Both the position numbers and the translations under genes were made by a program. Shown in pieces: positions 18,095-25,891 of a DNA stretch of 39,407 nt. The first letter of the stretch is position 1; each line of letters begins with the position of its first letter. The notes under the pieces are model-generated. The model was not told where the DNA came from and searched no databases. It saw only the letters and a program-made list of their open reading frames with translations. This DNA comes from Candidatus Gribaldobacteria bacterium (GTDB lineage Bacteria; Patescibacteriota; Minisyncoccia; Minisyncoccales; CG1-02-41-26), in contig JAPLWE010000058.1 of assembly GCA_026396705.1 (NCBI GenBank), positions 1 through 39,407 of the forward strand, written 5' to 3'.

Positions 18095-18260
18095 GACTTG
18101 CGTATTTGGGGCGAAGAAATTAATTTTGCGGAGTTTCCACAGGCAAAATGCTTGGTTTGGCCAGCAGGCCAAATTTTGCCGAGGACTAAGCGAGCCGCCG
18201 CAGGAGCGGCGAGCGGCTCCGCAAAATTCAATTTCTTCGCCCCAAACATTAGCGTAAGTT
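18095..18260. repeat. GC-rich branched-palindrome element, copy C (diverged, inverted relative to A/B)
   Basis: Its reverse complement aligns end to end with copies A and B. Termini GACTTGCG.../...CGTAAGTT. All stems are retained by compensatory changes, and GCTTAGT and ACCAAGC are conserved. Confidence 0.85.
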
Positions 18261-18285
18261 GTGCGAACTTCATAAATAGCGACCT

Positions 18286-19464
18286 TTATTTCAGTTGCAG
18301 CTTTAAGTCGTTAAAGATATTCATAAAAGTAATATAGCCATCATAGGGCGATTCGTAGGGGCTGAAGTATTTATGCACATCGCCGTCAGCAAACCATTTC
18401 ACGCACATATAATAAAAATGGTCCGAGGTTTGTAGTTTTCGCCAAGTGTCCAGCAGTTTTTTGTTTTTTGTTTTTTTAATTTCATTTTCTAAGGAGTAAA
18501 TATTTTCTAGGGCGGTTTTTTGCATTTTATTGCCCAGCCACGCGGAAAGGTCTCTTTCGGTGTCAGCCCAGGTAACAATATTAGGAAAATCAAGCTCGCC
18601 TTTGGGCTTATATAATTTTATCACTTCTGAAGGATTTTGGAAATTATTTTCTGGGTATTTCAAGATTTCAGTGGGCAGGTTTTTTAAGAATTCAAAAATG
18701 CCCGTTTCTTCCCATTGGTGTTCACCGAATGTTTCATAGTCCATAAACAGATTTACTACCTCCCCATCGCCTTCGCTACCCCTGACCCAAGCGGCGAATT
18801 TTTCAGCGGTGAGAGGCCAATCTGCCCAATCACGGCAGGAAAAACGAAAAGAGATGTTGTCGCTTAGTTTATAATTGCGTAATAATAATTTGGTTGCGCC
18901 ACCGTTTTTAGCTTGATAAACGAAATTAGGGCTGCGCCAGCCCAAGATATAATCAGCCCCCTCGCCTAAAATAGCCTTATAGCCCATTTCTTCAATTTGC
19001 TTGGCCATTTGATTGTTAAGCATCAGCTCGGTGTTGCGAAAAACTTTTGGTTGAAGATTAAAGAGTTTTTTAATTTTACGGTTGTGCAAGGCCACTTGAG
19101 TTTTGAATTCTTGGGCTGAATAGAGATAAGCTAATGAATGATGATATGTTTCAGCTAAAATTTCCACACAACCAGTGGCTGTTAATTTTTGGAAATCTTC
19201 AATGACTTCGGGGAAAGACTCTTCTAATTGTTCTAGCAAAACACCGGATAAACCAAAGGCCACTTTGAATTTTCCTCGGTGTTGATGGATGAGTTGTAAA
19301 AGTAGTTTGTTGGTGGGTAAATAACTTTTGCGGGCAATGCGCTCTAAATAATTTTTATTGGCAGAGGTGTCAAAATATTCTTGGTTTTGGCCAATGTCAA
19401 AGACCGAAAAGTTTTTCAAACGAAACGGTTGATGGGTTTGTAGATATAAGCAAACTGATGGCAT
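18286..19464 (-). CDS. GH57-family alpha-glucan-active enzyme (alpha-amylase/branching-enzyme-like)
   Basis: LYLQTHQPFRL at the N-terminus, NTELML and MDYETFGEHQW. Start moved to MPSVCLYLQ (ATG 19464), because the ORF-track extension translates a repeat fragment. Confidence 0.7.
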   Translation of the reverse strand: MPSVCLYLQTHQPFRLKNFSVFDIGQNQEYFDTSANKNYLERIARKSYLPTNKLLLQLIHQHRGKFKVAFGLSGVLLEQLEESFPEVIEDFQKLTATGCVEILAETYHHSLAYLYSAQEFKTQVALHNRKIKKLFNLQPKVFRNTELMLNNQMAKQIEEMGYKAILGEGADYILGWRSPNFVYQAKNGGATKLLLRNYKLSDNISFRFSCRDWADWPLTAEKFAAWVRGSEGDGEVVNLFMDYETFGEHQWEETGIFEFLKNLPTEILKYPENNFQNPSEVIKLYKPKGELDFPNIVTWADTERDLSAWLGNKMQKTALENIYSLENEIKKTKNKKLLDTWRKLQTSDHFYYMCVKWFADGDVHKYFSPYESPYDGYITFMNIFNDLKLQLK

Positions 19465-19471
19465 AAATGTA

Positions 19472-19508
19472 GGTCTTGCGCTAATCTCGGGGTTCGCCCT
19501 CGCGCGCA
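19472..19508. repeat. Possible solo terminal fragment (F) of the palindrome family
   Basis: GGTCTTGCGCTAATCTCGGGGTTCGCC resembles the copy C termini (GACTTGCGTATTTGGGGCGAAG and AACTTACGCTAATGTTTGGGGCGAAG). GC-rich island in the 51-nt gap between genes. Confidence 0.35.
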
Positions 19509-19515
19509 AAACATA

Positions 19516-20706
19516 TTAATGTAAAATTTCGTTGTAAATATTTAGACAGGTAGTGGCGGAGTTATCCCAGGTGATGTTTTGCACTTCGGTTTCGCCGTTT
19601 TGGGACATTGTCTGGCTTAAAATCGGATATTGTAAAACCGCTAAAATTTTAGCGGCCATTTCGTTTATATCCCAGAAGTCAACCTTGAGGCAGTTTTTGA
19701 TCACTTCAGATACGCCTGATTGTTTGGAAATAATGGCTGGCGTGCCATGCCCTAAAGCTTCTAAGGCAGTTATGCCGAATGGCTCTGACACCGAAGGCAT
19801 TACATATAAATCAGCCAGTTGATAAATTTTAGACAAGTTTTCATTACGCAAAAAACCAGTAAAAATAACTTTATCGGCAATGCCAAGATCAATGGCTGAA
19901 TTTATCAATTGAGTTTCCATGTCGCCCGAACCGGCCATCACAAAATATACATTGGGATTTTTTTGTAAAACTTTTTTGGCAGCTAGTAAAAAATAATCAG
20001 GGCCTTTTTGCAGGGTAAGCCGTCCTAAAAACAAAACAATTTTGAACTTTTTTTTGAGCTCGCCCAAATTCAGTGAATTATAAAAGTTGTGGGCTGTTTC
20101 TTGAAAATCTAAACCATTATAAACCACAGTTATTTTTTCTGGGTTGATGCTATAATTATCAACTATTTTTTGTTTAGTAAAATTACTTACTGCCGCTATT
20201 TTATCAGCCTTTATAAAGCCCTCTTTTTCAATGGCATAAACTTGTTCATTGACGCTATGTCCACCGGTGCGGTCAAATTCAGTAGCGTGAATGTGCGCCA
20301 CTAAAGGTTTGCCTGAAATTTCTTTAGCCATAATACCCGCCCGATAACATAGCCAATCATGAGCGTGAATAATATCAAACGATTCTCGTTTAGCTATTTC
20401 ACGCGCCAATAAGGCGTATCTTTGGACTTCGTCTACTAGTCCCCGGCCATCAAATAGCCCTTGAGCTATTTTGCCATAAAGATCAGGGCTAAGATAAGCA
20501 GCTTTTAAGATTTTTTCAGCATCAATCTGGTTTTTATCGGCAAAAATTAAACGACAAAAATCAACCTGACAATCAATTTTTTTAGGCAAAACAAAAAGCA
20601 CTTCAACGCCTTGTTTGGCCAAGGCCTTGCTTAAACCATAACAAGCCACCCCCAATCCTCCAGCATTAAAGGGTGGAAATTCCCAGCCAAACATTAAAAC
20701 TTTCAT
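19516..20706 (-). CDS. GT4/GT5-type glycosyltransferase (archaeal glycogen-synthase-like)
   Basis: MKVLMFGWEFPPFNAGGLGVA N-terminus as in archaeal/bacterial glucan synthases. HAHDW. EX7E region SEPFGITALEALGHG. Confidence 0.7.
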   Translation of the reverse strand: MKVLMFGWEFPPFNAGGLGVACYGLSKALAKQGVEVLFVLPKKIDCQVDFCRLIFADKNQIDAEKILKAAYLSPDLYGKIAQGLFDGRGLVDEVQRYALLAREIAKRESFDIIHAHDWLCYRAGIMAKEISGKPLVAHIHATEFDRTGGHSVNEQVYAIEKEGFIKADKIAAVSNFTKQKIVDNYSINPEKITVVYNGLDFQETAHNFYNSLNLGELKKKFKIVLFLGRLTLQKGPDYFLLAAKKVLQKNPNVYFVMAGSGDMETQLINSAIDLGIADKVIFTGFLRNENLSKIYQLADLYVMPSVSEPFGITALEALGHGTPAIISKQSGVSEVIKNCLKVDFWDINEMAAKILAVLQYPILSQTMSQNGETEVQNITWDNSATTCLNIYNEILH

Positions 20707-20785
20707 CTTTTCTATTCCGCTTACATTTATTCTGTTATTATACTGCTTTTTTTCTCTGTCAACAAAGGTGGATAACCTGCCTTTT

Positions 20786-20822
20786 CTTTGAAATTAGTTT
20801 CCTCGCCACCAAGGCGCAAGTC
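20786..20822. repeat. Solo 3'-arm fragment (D) of the palindrome family
   Basis: CTTTGAAATTAGTTTCCTCGCC is 22/22 identical to the 3' arm of A/B and ends in the family terminus GCGCAAGTC. No matching 5' arm upstream. Confidence 0.7.
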
Positions 20823-21549
20823 ATGCATTAAGTAATAACGCGGCGCCGATGGCGGAGGCATTTTGGCCTAACTTGGCTAAAGCAATTTTGGGCATTTGCG
20901 TTTTGGGCCAAAGCAAGTTTTTTGCAAGGAACTCGGTTCCTTGCAAAGAGAGGGACCGCGCGCCTGCCCCGCCCAAAATAATTATTTCTGGATTAAAAAT
21001 GTTAATTAAATTAGCCAAACCAATAGCGTTTATTTTTTCTTGTTCTTTGGGTTTATTTTTGGTTGCTTGATAAAGCTTTTCCCAGCTTTGTCCTTTATTA
21101 ATAATTATGTGGCCAACTTCACCAGAAGGGGCGGGTAAAATTTTATCGTTTATCATTAGCGCTCCCCCAATACCAGTGCCTAAAGTCACCGCTAAGATAT
21201 TGCTGTATCCTCTGCCCGCTCCAAGCATTGCTTCGGCTCGCAAGAAGCAATGAACATCATTATCTATTCTAACAATTTTATCAGGCCAAAGTTTTTTTAG
21301 ATTGAGCCCGTCTAATTGAGGCGCATTGGGGCACTTAATAATCTGACCATTGATTGCGTTAAAAATCCCCGGCACGCCAATCCCGATTTTTAGCAAGCCA
21401 TACTCCCCCACTATTGCTTTGAGATTTTCTTTATTGGGAGCGCCAGTAATTTGTTTTTGTTCAACAATTTTTTGCCCATTCCAAACAACCAAATTAATTT
21501 TCGACCCGCCAATATCCACCCCCAAAATATTTTCTTTTTTGATAGTCAT
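20821..21549 (-). CDS. ROK/ASKHA-family glucokinase-like sugar kinase
   Basis: ILGVDIGGSKINLV, GIGVPG and LGTGIGGAL. Start moved to MTIKKEN (ATG 21549). The ROK Cys-rich zinc motif is not evident. Confidence 0.65.
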   Translation of the reverse strand: MTIKKENILGVDIGGSKINLVVWNGQKIVEQKQITGAPNKENLKAIVGEYGLLKIGIGVPGIFNAINGQIIKCPNAPQLDGLNLKKLWPDKIVRIDNDVHCFLRAEAMLGAGRGYSNILAVTLGTGIGGALMINDKILPAPSGEVGHIIINKGQSWEKLYQATKNKPKEQEKINAIGLANLINIFNPEIIILGGAGARSLSLQGTEFLAKNLLWPKTQMPKIALAKLGQNASAIGAALLLNA

Positions 21550-21587
21550 TATTACTATTTGATTATTATTTAATAATAGCATAAAAC

Positions 21588-21627
21588 AAAAAATACCCGA
21601 GGGCAGATCTCCCCTCGGGTATTTTTT
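21588..21627. terminator. Bidirectional rho-independent terminator after tRNA-Lys
   Basis: ATACCCGAGGG-cagatctc-CCCTCGGGTAT (11-bp stem) flanked by A6 and T6. Minus-sense it is followed by TTTTTTGTTTT. Confidence 0.8.
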
Positions 21628-21631
21628 ATTG

Positions 21632-21704
21632 TGCCCCCACTCGGATTCGGACCGAGAACCAGCGCCTTAAAAGGGCGATGCTCTGCCAGTTGAGCTATGG
21701 GGGC
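21632..21704 (-). tRNA. tRNA-Lys (anticodon UUU), CCA not encoded
   Basis: Hand-folded cloverleaf. Acceptor GCCCCCA/TGGGGGC, D arm GCTC-AACTGGCA-GAGC, anticodon loop CTTTTAA, T arm CTCGG-TCCGAAT-CCGAG, discriminator A. Oddities are a U27-C43 mismatch and C at position 55. Confidence 0.8.
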
Positions 21705-21829
21705 GAAAGGCAATTGATTGCCTTTCGCCGGGCGCCTTCGGTTCGGCGTCGGAGCGAAGCGGAGCGCCAAACCGTATAAAGGCGCCCCGGGTCGGGCGAA
21801 ATACAATGTTTTTTTCTTATTCCGCCCGA
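21702..21829 (-). other. GC-rich structured spacer between dnaJ and tRNA-Lys
   Basis: Three stacked hairpins: 12-bp GGCGAAAGGCAA/TTGCCTTTCGCC (21702..29), 9+10-bp GGGCGCCTT-CGGTTCGGCG...CGCCAAACCG-AAGGCGCCC (21730..87), and TCGGGCG/CGCCCGA (21792..829). No terminator between dnaJ and the tRNA. Confidence 0.4.
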
Positions 21830-21855
21830 TTGTAAAAAATGTTTACTGCATAATG

Positions 21856-22944
21856 CTACAATCCTTCCTTTCTCAACTCATTCAACAATTCTTTTTGTTT
21901 TTTTGTTAATTTTTTGGGTGTATCCACAACCAACTCTACAAACAAATCGCCTCTGCCCCAGCCGCCAAAATGCGGTATGCCTTTGCCCCCAATACGGAAC
22001 ACCTTGCCCGACTGTGTGCTTTCGGGCACTTTTAAGGAAATCTTTTTACCTTCTAGCATTTCTAATTCTATTTCGCCTCCCAAGGTTGCTAAAGAAAAGC
22101 TAATAGAATAGGTGGCCAGTAAATCGTCGCCTTTTCGTTCAAAGAGCGCATGGGGCTTGATGGCTATCCTAATATATAAATTGCCCGCTAGCCCGCCTCG
22201 TTTGCCTGCCTCCCCTGCCCCGTCTATTCTTAGTGTTTGGCCAGTATCAACGCCAGCCGGAATCACCACTTCTATTTCTTCAGTTTGGCGCAAGCGACCT
22301 TCGCCTCGACAAACATTACAGGGTTTTTTTTTTTTTTTTCCTTCGCCCTTGCGCTCTGGGCATTGCGAAAAGGTTAAAGGCCCTAGTTTTCTCATTTGTT
22401 GCACCCAGCCTGTGCTTTTGCAAGAAAAGCATTCTTTGATTTTGGTGTTGCCTTCAGCTCCTGTGCCATTACAACGAGAGCATTTAACCATTTTACTCAA
22501 AGAAACTTTTTTAGCAACATCTTTGAGCGTATCTTTCAAATCAATGGATAATTCTGTTTCGATGTCTTGGCCTTTATTTTTTGGTTTTTTTCTAGAGCCG
22601 CCTTGTTGCCCAAAGCCAAAACTGCCAAACAAATCTTCAAAGTTTAAGCCGCTAAAATCAAACCCGCTGTTTTGCCCGCCAAAAGAATTAAAATCAAACC
22701 CGCCAGCTCCCGGCCCGCCAGCGTTGCTGGCCCCTCCTTCAAATACTCGGCCAAATTGGTCGTATTGCGCTCGCTTGTCTTGGTTACTCAAAACCTGGTA
22801 GGCCTCGTTGATTTCTTTGAATTTTTTTTCATCGCCCCCTTTTTTGTCGGGGTGGTGTTGATGGGCCAGTTTACGATAAGCCTGCTTGACTTCATCTGGT
22901 GAAGCGGTTTTGTTAATGCCAAGTGTTTGATAATAATCTGACAT
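21856..22944 (-). CDS. dnaJ: Chaperone DnaJ
   Basis: J domain with HPD (HQHHPDKK), a G/F-rich region and CxxCxGxG zinc-finger repeats. Downstream of dnaK. Confidence 0.9.
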   Translation of the reverse strand: MSDYYQTLGINKTASPDEVKQAYRKLAHQHHPDKKGGDEKKFKEINEAYQVLSNQDKRAQYDQFGRVFEGGASNAGGPGAGGFDFNSFGGQNSGFDFSGLNFEDLFGSFGFGQQGGSRKKPKNKGQDIETELSIDLKDTLKDVAKKVSLSKMVKCSRCNGTGAEGNTKIKECFSCKSTGWVQQMRKLGPLTFSQCPERKGEGKKKKKPCNVCRGEGRLRQTEEIEVVIPAGVDTGQTLRIDGAGEAGKRGGLAGNLYIRIAIKPHALFERKGDDLLATYSISFSLATLGGEIELEMLEGKKISLKVPESTQSGKVFRIGGKGIPHFGGWGRGDLFVELVVDTPKKLTKKQKELLNELRKEGL

Positions 22945-22950
22945 AAAAAA

Positions 22951-24855
22951 TTATTTCTCTTTATACTCTCCTTCTTCTGCTTTTGGTTGCTCGTCAGTGG
23001 GCTTATCACCTTGCTCTGGCTGTTGAGATGGCTGTGGTTGTTCAGCTTGCTTGGCTTTATACATTTCTGTGCCAATTTTTTGGATAACTTGCGACAACTC
23101 CTCGGTTTTCTTTTTGATCTCCTCTATATTATCATCATCTTTTATTTTTTTCAATTCGCTAATTTTTTTCTCGGCCTCTTCTTTATCTTTTGGGGCAACT
23201 TTATCGCCAGCTTCTTTCAAAGTTTTTTCCGAGGCGTAAATTAAGTTGTCAGCCAAATTAACAGTTTCAATTAGGTCGCGTTTTTTCTTGTCTTGATCGG
23301 CATGGATTTCCGCGTCTTTTTTCATTTTTTCAATTTCTTCTTTAGATAATCCAGAAGCGCCTTCAATTCTGATCGATTGAGATTTGCTGGTGGCTTTATC
23401 CTTGGCTGATACATTCAAAATACCGTTGGCATCAATATCAAAAGATACTTCAATTTGTGGCACGCCTCTTGGTGAGGCGGGAATGCCATCTAAGATACAG
23501 TGCCCCAATGTTTTGTTGTCGTGAGCCATGGGTCGCTCGCCTTGTAAAACTTTAATCTCTACTGAAGGCTGGTTATCGGCGGCCGTGGAAAAAACTTGCG
23601 ACTTAGCCGTGGGCACAGTGGTGTTTTTAGCGATTAACACGGTATTTACTTGGCCCAAGGTTTCAATACCCAAGCTCAAAGGCGTGACATCAAGCAATAA
23701 AACATCTTTGATGTCGCCTTGCATGATGCCTCCTTGAATGGCAGCTCCAATGGCCACTACTTCGTCGGGATTGATTTCTTTATTGGGTTCTTTATTGAAT
23801 AATTTTTTAATTTCCTCTTGAATTTTAGGCATACGAGTTTGCCCGCCCACCAAAACAATTTCTTCAATGTCTGATGGTTTCAAGTTTATTTCCTGTAAGG
23901 TTTGTTTAACCAAATCAATAGAGCGCTTGATGTCGTCGCCTACCATATCTTCTAATTTGGCTCGGCTCAATTTCAAGAGCAAATGTTTGGGGCCAGATTC
24001 GCCCGAGGTAATAAATGGTAAATTGATTTCTGTTTCCAAGCTAGTAGACAGTTCAATTTTGGCTTTTTCAGCTGCTTCTTTAATTCTTTGCAAGGCCAAG
24101 GGGTCTTTGGATAGGTCAACGCCTTGTTCCTTTTTGAATTCGGCCACCACCCATTGCATTATTTTTTGATCAAAATCATCTCCCCCTAAATGGGTATCTC
24201 CGCCGGTAGCTTTAACCTCCACAGTGTCTTGGGAAACATCTAAAATAGAAATATCAAAAGTGCCTCCGCCAAAATCATAAACCACAATTTGTTGATTTTT
24301 CTTTTTATCTAAGCCATAAGCCAAAGCGGCTGCGGTTGGTTCGTTAATAACCCGCAACACTTTTAAGCCGGCAATTTCGCCTGCCACCTTAGTGGCTTTG
24401 CGTTGAGAGTCGTCAAAATAAGCCGGGCAAGTAATAATAGCTTCGGTAATGGGTTCGCCCAGCTTGTCTTCGGCGTCTTGCTTTAGTTTTTGCAAAATCA
24501 TAGCGGAAATTTCTTGGGGTGTGTGCCACTTGTCTCCGATCTTTACTTCTACTCCCCCGCCTTCGGGTTTTTCTCGCAGTTCATAAGATAAGAGGGCTTT
24601 ATCTTTGCGCACTTCTTCATCATTAAAATTGCGTCCAATCAGTCGTTTGATAGAGAAAATAGTATTTTGCGGATTGGTGATGGCTTGCCTTTTGGCGATG
24701 ACACCCACCAGTCGTTCGTTGTTTTTAGTTAAAGCCACAATGGAAGGGGTGGTTCTGCCACCTTCTTTGTTTTCAATGATGCGAGGCGAGCCGGCTTCTA
24801 TAATGGCCATAGCTGAATTAGTTGTGCCCAGGTCAATTCCTAAAATTTTTGACAT
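22951..24855 (-). CDS. dnaK: Chaperone DnaK (Hsp70)
   Basis: [27 protein letters not shown] and a C-terminal acidic tail. Confidence 0.95.
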   Translation of the reverse strand: MSKILGIDLGTTNSAMAIIEAGSPRIIENKEGGRTTPSIVALTKNNERLVGVIAKRQAITNPQNTIFSIKRLIGRNFNDEEVRKDKALLSYELREKPEGGGVEVKIGDKWHTPQEISAMILQKLKQDAEDKLGEPITEAIITCPAYFDDSQRKATKVAGEIAGLKVLRVINEPTAAALAYGLDKKKNQQIVVYDFGGGTFDISILDVSQDTVEVKATGGDTHLGGDDFDQKIMQWVVAEFKKEQGVDLSKDPLALQRIKEAAEKAKIELSTSLETEINLPFITSGESGPKHLLLKLSRAKLEDMVGDDIKRSIDLVKQTLQEINLKPSDIEEIVLVGGQTRMPKIQEEIKKLFNKEPNKEINPDEVVAIGAAIQGGIMQGDIKDVLLLDVTPLSLGIETLGQVNTVLIAKNTTVPTAKSQVFSTAADNQPSVEIKVLQGERPMAHDNKTLGHCILDGIPASPRGVPQIEVSFDIDANGILNVSAKDKATSKSQSIRIEGASGLSKEEIEKMKKDAEIHADQDKKKRDLIETVNLADNLIYASEKTLKEAGDKVAPKDKEEAEKKISELKKIKDDDNIEEIKKKTEELSQVIQKIGTEMYKAKQAEQPQPSQQPEQGDKPTDEQPKAEEGEYKEK

Positions 24856-24880
24856 ATTTTTTTTATTTTTTTATTTATTA

Positions 24881-25363
24881 TTATTTTATTATTTTAACTT
24901 TTGATGGTCTTAACAGCTCTCCGTTGAGCAGATATCCTTTTTGTATTACTTCCGCCACTACGCCCGACTCCCCTTCTCCTTTAATTTCAGTAAGGGCTTC
25001 GTGAAATTCTGGGTTAAATTTTTCGCCTACCGCTTTAATTTCTGTTAAGCCTTGTTTTTTTAGTTCTTCTAAAAATTTAGAGCTAGCCAGAAAAATGCCT
25101 TTGAGCCAATTTTCATTTTGTAAATTCTCAGGAATATGATTTTGAGCGCGCTCTAAGTCATCGCAAAAGTCCAAAATTTTGAAAAGCCAATCTTGGTCAA
25201 TTTGTTTTTTTAGCCAAGCTAGCCTTTCGCCTTCATTTTTTTTGTAGTTAGCCAAATCAGCCACTGCCCTTTGCCAACCAGCGAGATATTCATCGCGTAG
25301 CTTTTCGCAAATCTCTAAATTTGTTGGCATATTTTCTTGTTCGTTTTGTTTTTCATCATCCAT
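24881..25363 (-). CDS. grpE: Nucleotide exchange factor GrpE
   Basis: Coiled-coil N-terminus, C-terminal GEKFNPEFHEA...V.KGY pattern, and position upstream of dnaK. Confidence 0.85.
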   Translation of the reverse strand: MDDEKQNEQENMPTNLEICEKLRDEYLAGWQRAVADLANYKKNEGERLAWLKKQIDQDWLFKILDFCDDLERAQNHIPENLQNENWLKGIFLASSKFLEELKKQGLTEIKAVGEKFNPEFHEALTEIKGEGESGVVAEVIQKGYLLNGELLRPSKVKIIK

Positions 25364-25378
25364 AATTTTTAATTTATT

Positions 25379-25843
25379 TTAGCCTATTTCAAACATTTTT
25401 TCGCAAAAAGGACATCTAATGACCGAGCAGTCTTCGGGTTCGCCCAAAATAACTAGCTCTAAGTTTTTTATTGAATTGTCGTCTTTAAGCTTATTTTTAT
25501 GGCGCACTGCTTCATTAGGTTTTAATTCTCTGCCCAGGAATTGTTCCATTATCCAGCGGTGTTCGGGTAGATAGCCTCTTTTGTTGGCGTTGGGGTGGTC
25601 AGGGGCGTAAACCATGATATAGCCACTTTGGCTATCTTTGTATTTACCTCCTTTCCAATAGGGATTATTGGGGCCACTGCGGTCAGCTTCATAAGGCCTC
25701 ACTTCCCTAATTTCAAAGCGGGCTGCCCAACGAGAAATTGTGGTAATATTCACTCCGCACGAGATGGCTATCTCTGAAATAGTTAGCTCTTCGGTAAGGT
25801 ATTTTTTGCAAAGCCAATTCTTATTTTGATAATTTTTTTCCAT
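25379..25843 (-). CDS. HTH + HNH endonuclease-domain protein
   Basis: N-terminal HTH (LTISEIAISCGVNITTISRWA). HNH region GYLPEHRWIMEQ...VRHKNKLKDDNSIKNLEL. C-terminal CPFC knuckle. First gene behind the CIRCE promoter. Confidence 0.7.
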   Translation of the reverse strand: MEKNYQNKNWLCKKYLTEELTISEIAISCGVNITTISRWAARFEIREVRPYEADRSGPNNPYWKGGKYKDSQSGYIMVYAPDHPNANKRGYLPEHRWIMEQFLGRELKPNEAVRHKNKLKDDNSIKNLELVILGEPEDCSVIRCPFCEKMFEIG

Positions 25844-25863
25844 CTCAATAATTATTATAATCC

Positions 25864-25891
25864 ATTATAATAAATTAGCACTCAATGTCAA
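25864..25891 (-). promoter_or_regulatory. Consensus sigma-70 promoter of the HNH-grpE-dnaK-dnaJ operon
   Basis: Minus-sense TTGACA (25891..25886), 16-nt spacer, TATAAT (25869..25864), 20 nt before the ATG. Confidence 0.65.

Noticed and set aside
18006-18337. Three overlapping 60-83-aa ORFs (18006..18257 +, 18091..18273 -, 18098..18337 +) over the copy C element
   Set aside because: They are open on both strands only because the region is a GC-rich palindrome lacking stop codons. Copies A and B have no equivalent ORFs, so a coding function is not conserved.
21570-21806. 78-aa minus-strand ORF
   Set aside because: It is read straight through the tRNA-Lys gene, its terminator and the GC-rich spacer, so it is an artefact.
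22112-22801. 229-aa plus-strand ORF, with neighbouring plus-strand ORFs 21903..22439 and 22672..22902, opposite dnaJ
   Set aside because: They lie antisense to a clearly real dnaJ. Their S/P/L-rich low-complexity sequence mirrors the G/F- and K-rich dnaJ regions. They have no SD and no recognisable domain.
25379-25843. Prophage or mobile island around the HNH gene
   Set aside because: There is no integrase, transposase, terminal repeat or phage structural gene nearby. The gene sits inside a housekeeping operon behind a CIRCE promoter, so it is treated as a lone HNH gene.
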